A stretch of DNA of 64,000 nucleotides, taken from assembly GCA_001244265.2 (NCBI GenBank), contig CDLV01000004.1, positions 1,612,001 through 1,676,000 on the forward strand. Direction: 5' to 3'. Each line of letters opens with the position of its first letter. The first letter of the stretch is position 1. The DNA comes from Microbotryum violaceum. Lineage: Eukaryota. Below the pieces are notes generated by a model. It was not told the origin of the DNA and ran no database searches. It saw nothing but the letters and a program-made list of their open reading frames with translations. Shown here piece after piece: positions 56,857 to 64,000 of the stretch. The translations under genes and the position numbers were made by a program.

Positions 56857-58339
56857 AAATCAATGTATGGAACGAAGCAAGCTCCTCGAGAATGGAACTC
56901 GGCAGTCAACAAACTCATGGTCGCTTGTGGTTACTCGCGATCTGACGCCAATTCATGTCTTTATGTCAAGCGTGTCGAGGAGATGTTCATCTACATTACT
57001 CTTTACGTCGATGATGGACTCGCTGCCTCGAACGATCAGACGTTTCTGGATTCGGAGATCCAAGCTTTCAACAAGGTGTACCAACTCAAGCAACTTGGTC
57101 CTGTGAAGGTGTTTCTCGGTCTCGAATTCCTGCGCTCGTCCAAGTTCATCTTCGTGCACCAGTCCAAGTACATCAGGAGCCTTGTCGCTACGTATGGCGG
57201 AGATCACGGATCGAAGCACCCAGCGAAGGTCCCGATGGAGCCCAGGTTGAACATGGAACACTCGGCGGAGCTGTTCGACGACATTGCACTCTACCAGTCA
57301 GCAGTGGGAGCTTTGCAGTATGCTGCGCATCGTGCTCGTCCCGACATCGTCACTTCGGTTTGTGCAGCAGCTTCCAAGGTTTCAGCTCCTACCCAGGCCA
57401 ACTGGATCGCGGTGAAGAGGATCATCCGCTACTTGCAAGGTACCATGGACTGGGGACTCAAGTACAACCTCGAGGGTTCGACTGTGTTCGAACTCTACTC
57501 AGATGCCTCGTGGGGAGACGACATGTTGACTGGCAAGTCGATAGGAGCGTTCGTCTCGATCATGGCAGGCGCAGCAATTTCTTGGCAGACAAAGGAGGCC
57601 ATGTGGCTTCGACGCCTGGCTGCGGATCTCAAGATTCAACAGCCTGGATCTACACTTCTCTGGGAGGACAATCAGGCGGTGATTGTGATCGCACAGAACC
57701 CAGCTCATCATGGTAGGACGAAGCACTACAGTGTGCATCACATCTACATTTGCGAGCGAGTTACGACTGGCGACATTCAAATCAAGTATTGCAAGACAGG
57801 AGCCATGACTGCGGATCTTCTCACCAAGCCGCTCGCTCGCAACTTGTTCAAACTTCATCGTGATGGATTGGGGATGGTATCCCTTGGAGCCTTGACCAGT
57901 GGGAGTGTTGTGGGAAATTAGTAAAGGGTCAGCGGTTCAGAGGGACTTGTGGCATTGGGAAGTTGGCGCGCGCGTGGCGCGGCGCCGGATGGAGGCAGAT
58001 GGCGGTGTGGCGTATTGATTGGACTCAGAGGTGGCTTGCACGCGGATACTATCTAAGGCTCTGGTCTCGTTCACTCTCTCCTTCTTCTTTAACACACACT
58101 CGATATCTATCTCGCCCATTTGCCTGCTACAAGTTGATTGACCTTGGCGATACTCTATCTCACAATAGGTTAGTTGTAGTACATTTAAACACACACTTGA
58201 TATCTATCTTGCCCATTTGCCTGCTACAAGTTGATTGACCTTGGCGATACTCTATCTCACAATAGGTCATCTATCAACGCCGTGTAGCTACAGCGAATCT
58301 TCATTCATTCATTGGTACTCCAAGCCCAAATCCACAACA

Positions 58340-59650
58340 TGAACGAGCGCCAAGCACGGGTCTACAACTTCATATCCCAGTTCGATTTTGTCATCAGACA
58401 TATCGAAGGCGATTGGAACAAACCACCTGACATGTTCTCCCGCCAGTACGAGGATGACAACATCTGCGACTCGTATGAGGACCCAAACCTTGACGATCTC
58501 GACACGGAACATGATCGTGACGATCATTTGCTACTAGGACCAAGGCTGCAGTCTCTGCAGACCGAAACACTCCGACGCAGTAGTCGTCTTGCTCAGCCGA
58601 GACAAACCGAACAAACCAAGACTCCAGCGGTGGAGACAACACCGAAGGGGAAGGTGGCGAAGCCTAAGCCGAAGAAGCTGTCGCGCAAGGAAAAAGCGCT
58701 TGCTGCGCGACTCGAGGAGGAAGGTGGAATCCCCACCGATCAAGCTCTGAATCTTGACCCTCAGCACTGAGACAGGACGTGGCAAGCAGCCACGGAATAC
58801 CTGAACGATCCTTTCTTCAAGAAGATCGTGACCACCGTTGATGATTTCGATCGATATACCCTTAGCGCTGATGGCGCTCTGTGGCAGAATGACGAAATTT
58901 ACGGCGACCGACTGTGCATCGCAGCCGGCACCGTGGACGGACAAAAAGTCTGAGAACTCGTGTTGGAACATGTACACGAGATGATAGTACAAGCTGATAG
59001 CCGAAAGATGCTGGCTCACGCAGCACATCACTACTGGTGGCCTACTATGAGTTCGGATATCGAAGAATATTGCAAGACCTGCGAAGCATGCCAAGTCTCC
59101 AAGACCGGTACTCAAATGCGCAGCGGCAAATTGCACTCGATGCCAATACCGGCAGGTCCACTACAGACGATCGCAGTGGACTTTTAAGGCCCACTGGTGA
59201 AAGCGAAATGGCAAGGAAAGGAAGTTGCTTTCCTGTGCAACTGGATTGACACCTTCTCTGGAGAGGTCATATCCGTGCCTTGCGAACGGACGATTACCGC
59301 GAAGGGATGCGCGGAACTGTTTTTTCAATTTGTGTTCCCTCAGTGGGGAATACCGACACAGATCGTATCTGACCGCGACCCTCGATAGACGTCAGATCTT
59401 TGGCGAGCCTTGTTTGAAGGGCTCGGCACGACGCTACTCCTTAGCACAAGTTTTCATCCGCAAACGAATGGGCGCATCGAACGGATGCACCGAGACCTCA
59501 ACGCGATGATGAGACAGATCGTGAACGAAGAACAGACGAACTGGCCTGATCAACTACCATTTGTGGTACACGCCATCAACTCTACGAAAAGCTCCTCGAC
59601 AGGGTACTCGCCCTACCAGCTGGCTTGAGTTGTAGCACCGAAGAATGTGC
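58340..59650 (+). mobile_element. Degenerate gypsy pol fragment of a different family (RNase H end and integrase)
   Basis: RQARVYNFISQFDF; HYWWPTM..CKTCEACQ; IVSDRDPR; HPQTNGRIERMH; several in-frame stops. Confidence 0.9.
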
Positions 59651-61067
59651 CCGGCTGGGCACGAGCCCCCGACGGCACCATCGCCTGCAACTTACACATG
59701 CGCACCCGAACTTTATGGATTTCCTGTGGCAGGACCCGCCGTATGTCTTCTCTATGGAGATGTTGCAATTTAGGTAAGGCGGTTTTATAGAGCTCCTGTA
59801 AGAGCAAAGCTTTTTTATGGCTGCCTTAGGCGGTCGTTCTAGTATCCGTATGGACATTAGGGTATCAGGCCCGTAGGGGCGCCGGTTTGCGGTAACCCTA
59901 CGCGTGCAGTACAGCTAGCGTAAAAACGGCCTTTGCGGCCGCGGTAAAGATTCAACCCTTATTGCATTCGGCAATGAGACGTAAGTGAGCACTAAAGTGC
60001 ACAAGAGACGGGATCGATAATGTTTTACGTGTACGGAACCTGGAGGTAGGCCATATGGGTTTATTCCACCTGGTGTATGGTAGCATTAGTTTTGTCCCGA
60101 TAGGGAAATTGCGTGTCACTGCATCCGAAAAGTGGCACGTGATGTCGCGAGCGGTCGCTGTTCCGAGCCATATCGATGCAGAGAGTGTATCCCACGGTCG
60201 CTGAAACATTTCAGGGCTCGCGCTTTATAGAGTCCAAAGTCCATTTGTACCATCTGAGGCAGCGAGTCAGTGCCATGAGTCGAGACTGCACCCTCACGCG
60301 GCCAGCTGAAGTCTGCTCAGCAGGCTGGGGTGCGCCGGTGAGAGTCTCGCGCGCGGCGGCCGATCGAAAGTGGCTTGCAGCGCGCGTCGCTTCGGCTGGT
60401 GTCGCGCGTGGCTTCAGGCATCAAACAAGCCTTCCTTGCTTTGCTGATGGGCTCGCTACTTCGTTGTCAGACCTCCGTTTGGCTGAACTTGAGCTCCTTG
60501 TATCCGCGGAGGCACTTGTGCGGCTTGTAGAGGTTCTACCGGCGGCATCTTGCAGGCCGGGCACGCTCCGAAGTGCGGCAAATCTTTGCTCGGCATGTGC
60601 GCACGTGCTGATTATGCGTCCAGCTCGAAGGACGCTTTCAATCGACAAGCTTATCGCGGCTTCACCGGCTCGAGCCAATCATGACCTGAGCAGAGACGCG
60701 AATAAGCAAGTTGCCTCATTAAAGAAATGAACACGAGTGGCCAGCTGAAGGACTGGTGTACTGACTTAAGAATCTCGGAAGATAAACCAAACTTGTTCCT
60801 CCCCCAAGAAGAGGCAATGCAGTGGTAGAAGCCCGTCTTCATCAGCAAAATGGCCACGCGCGCGAACCCGCTTAAGGATTCGCCCGAGATTACGCGCGCT
60901 TGACAGCGCTTAACGGTGCATAAGATGCGCATAAGGACGCATACGCGCATAAGAGCGCTTACGGACCGCTTTGCGTATGCAAACAAAGCGCGCGAGGAGT
61001 CTTAAGCGCGCCGCAAGCGGGCCGTATGCGCCGTAAGAGTCCCTTATCTAGTACACTTAAGCGACAC

Positions 61068-64000
61068 TTTTTTTTTTTTTTTATCTAATAGATTTCATTA
61101 ACAGCATATCTATATTAATGCCTAAAAATCCTCGGAAAAGACGGAGGGAATGCAGTTAAGCACACTGGCGAGGCCAGTAGTGTGGGACTCGTTGACCTTG
61201 GAACAAAATCAACCATACCCACTAAAACCCCCTTAGGCGGTTACAGCGAAACCAGTCGTCCCTTGGACTCCTGGATGGACGCGCGGAGCTCCTCAAATGC
61301 CGTTTCGGCGATCGGCTCCAGAGGATCCGACGAAAATCGACGGCGACGAGAGAGCTTCCAGATCGCGTGGAAGAAGAGTAGACGCAGCTCGACGGGTCGG
61401 CGTTCCGAGCGAGAAACGACCGGGCACACGAACTGAACAAAGTCGGGGTGTGGGATAGGAGTGAGCGCAGACCAGAGGCGGCGGGCAAACGGGCAACCGA
61501 CCGCAAGGTGTGCCAGGGTCTCCGGAGCCTCCGACAGGCACATGACACATGCGGTAGATCGATTGTGGAGAGAACGGCTATTCGGAGAAGCGATTTGGCT
61601 ACCTGGATGAAGTGAACCTAGGGAGAGGAGGTGGGCCGTGTCTTCGGCGTCCGAATGAACCCTGCGAATCTTGCGTAGCGCCTTCCACCAGGCATTCCAG
61701 CGTTGCTCGGGAGACAGAAAACCCTCTGATGACCGAGAGGGAGGATAGGAGGGTAGAGGAAGGCTTGGTGGCGTTTGGACGCGTTCACAAACGAAGACGG
61801 AGTCATCACCTCGCCATCGGGTCCTCGGAAAAGCGTCGGGTTCACCGAGAGTCGGATTCCGTGGCCTGCTGGGAAGTAGAGGACGTGTGTTGCCCACCGC
61901 TCCAGATTCGGGCTCTTGGAAAGTTCGGGGGGTTCAGCGTTGTCACCAAATCCCAGGCTTCGAAAAAGCGGATCCATCGTGGAGGGAGCAGGGCCTTCGT
62001 CTTCCTCACTGCGCGTTCCCACTGTGGAGGAGGGTGGCAAAAGTAGGCCCACCAGATCCAGACCCACGAGCGACGATGTGGGTTGGGGCCTGATTTGGGC
62101 AAGGTAAAGGGGTGCGTTCGTTCGCCGCCTGAAGGCGAGTGCGGATGTCGAAGAGGTGCCGAATGAAGCAGCCGTCCGGGTCCCGAAGATGAAAGACCCA
62201 CTTGGCGTGATCGACCGCGAGGCGCCGAGGTAAGTCAATCAAGCCAAAGCCGCCGTGGTCGAGAGGGGTGCAGAGGCGCAGCCGAGAGACCTTCGGGGTT
62301 TCTGAGATCCGTCCGAGGCTCGACCGTGGATAGCGATCATGACCGCGTCCTCGATCTCCTTGACGACGCTCTTGGAAGCTGGGATGAAACGATTATGGTA
62401 GAGAATCTTCGTGTAGCAGTAGATATTGATTATCGAACATTTCGCTGCGTACGGAAGGTCGTACATTGGGATGGATCGTATCCGGGCGACGGTCGCGGAC
62501 TTGACCTCCTCCCAGCCCGCATCCTCGGCGATGTCCACCCCAACCTGCACTCCCAGGTAACGAAACTGCGAGTCGCTGAGACGCCAGGACCCGAGGTGTG
62601 AAGGGATCGGACGGTCCCTGAATGACCCGAGGGGGTAGAGGAAAGATTTGGCGTTGCTGAGCTTGCTGGCACTTGCCCGCTCGTACAGCTCGATCGCCCG
62701 ATTGAGGTGGTCGAGGTCCGAGGTGTCGTGGAGAGCACAGCAGGCATCGTCGGCAAAGAGAAGTTCTCGTATGGTTGGGAGTCCCGGGCTCGCGATGCCC
62801 TTGACTTGTGACCGCAACTGTACGGCGAAGCCCTCAATTGCGAGAACGAAGAGCGACGGAGCCAGCGGGTCGCCTTGTCGAACTCCCGAGAGGATATCGA
62901 ACGCGGCCGAGAGCCATCCGTTGAGGTAGATTGAGGCGGATTGGTTTGTATAGGTCGCTCGGTACCATTGGCAGGCTTTCGGGCCAAGGCCAACGGCGCT
63001 GAGGACTGCATCGATGTAGGTGTGGGAAAGACGGTCGTAAGCCTTCTCGAAGTCCATCACTGCGAGCAGACCGGACACCGGCTCTGAACCCGGGAGCCCA
63101 GGATCCATGAGACACTGCACCTCGGCGATGTTCGTGCCAATCCAGCGGTTCGGAATGAAACCGCGCTGGGTCGAGCCGATCAGGGTCTCGAGCAGAGGGG
63201 CAAGGCGCTGGTTGTGGGCTTGGGAGATGATGCGTTCATCAGCGTTGATGAGTGATATGGGGCGTTTGTTCACCAGCCGATCCCTCTCGCCGCGCTTGTG
63301 GATGAGGTGGATGTGGGCAGTGTGGCGGGCCGACGTTCGAGAACTGGCGTCGTCGGTGGGGATCGAGTTGATGACGTCGCGGAGGATGGGGCCTGTGGCT
63401 GTCCACGTTGCGCGGTAAAACTCGACCGGGAGACCGTCGGGTCCAGGCGAGGAGTTCGACTTACACGCCTCTTGTGCCTTTGTTATCTCCTCTAGGGGGT
63501 ACGCTCCTTCGAGCTTGTCCGAATCGGCAGGGGATAGGCGAGTCGAGGCGAGACCGTCGATAATCTTCTCCAAGGCGTCGTCATCGATAGCGCGATCCTC
63601 GTAGACCCCTTCGAAGTACTTGCTAGCGGCTCCAAGCATCGAGTCGGGGTCGGAGTGGACGACATTGTCGACCGAGAGGGAAGGGATGAGGTCGGATGCG
63701 CGCACTTTGCGTAGGCGGATGAAGATGGAAGATGGGCCCGCGAGGGAAGGATCAATGCGGGACCGCAGCGCCGCGCCGTAGCGCGAGTGATCTGCCTTCG
63801 CCTCCTCCGATCCTCCACGTCGGAAGCGGGCAAGTGTGCGAGCCAGAGCCTGAAGCTCGGGCAGCAAGTGTTGTTTGGTGGACGTCCAAGCTGCTGATGG
63901 GTCGTCGGGCGTCTGGAGGAGGGCTTCATTGTAGAGGGCCTGGACAGTGGAAGTGAGGTATTCGCAGGTCGCGTCGCCCTCGATCACGTGCAAACCCAAC
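61068..64000 (-). mobile_element. L1/Tx1-like LINE: ORF2 RT, zinc knuckle and poly(A); runs off the window end
   Basis: SPGPDGLP; RPISLIN; DFEKAYD; GVRQGDPLAP; LFADD; RYLGV; frameshifts in the 3' part. Confidence 0.96.

Noticed and set aside
59800-61060. Possible DNA transposon with GCATAAG-type subterminal repeats
   Set aside because: Could not define TIRs, a TSD or a protein motif
61241-62240. Programmed frameshifts in LINE ORF2
   Set aside because: The two LINE copies differ by single bases in G-runs, more consistent with sequencing error or decay

Overview
Eukaryotic, intron-containing basidiomycete DNA. It is most consistent with a Microbotryomycetes (Microbotryum-like) fungus; this is an inference from gene content and TCG>TTG hypermutation. 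Only two clear host genes are present, a convergent pair at about 26.0-33.2 kb: a PH-CRIB PAK kinase (Cla4/'STE20'-type) and importin-beta KAP95. In related fungi these genes lie near the pheromone/receptor mating-type locus. Almost everything else is nested transposable elements: a Ngaro/DIRS retroelement with two nested gypsy 5' ends, a CACTA remnant, four copia pieces (one near-intact with matching LTRs and a TSD), a pile-up of Helitrons, chromovirus and gypsy fragments, and L1/Tx1-like LINEs. Three structures stand out. (1) An 11.5-kb TIR-bounded KDZ (Kyakuja-Dileera-Zisupton) transposon carries three cargo genes, including a possible PrimPol/AEP-like gene, plus an array of a 20-bp palindrome. 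(2) A 2.35-kb gene-carrying TIR element with a perfect 8-bp TSD sits in the PAK-kinase promoter. (3) A 424-bp hairpin-rich insert ends in a 72-nt tRNA-like cloverleaf with a TTA anticodon, and the same terminus recurs elsewhere in the window. All calls are by eye; exon boundaries and family names need computational confirmation, and some frameshifts in homopolymers may be sequencing errors.
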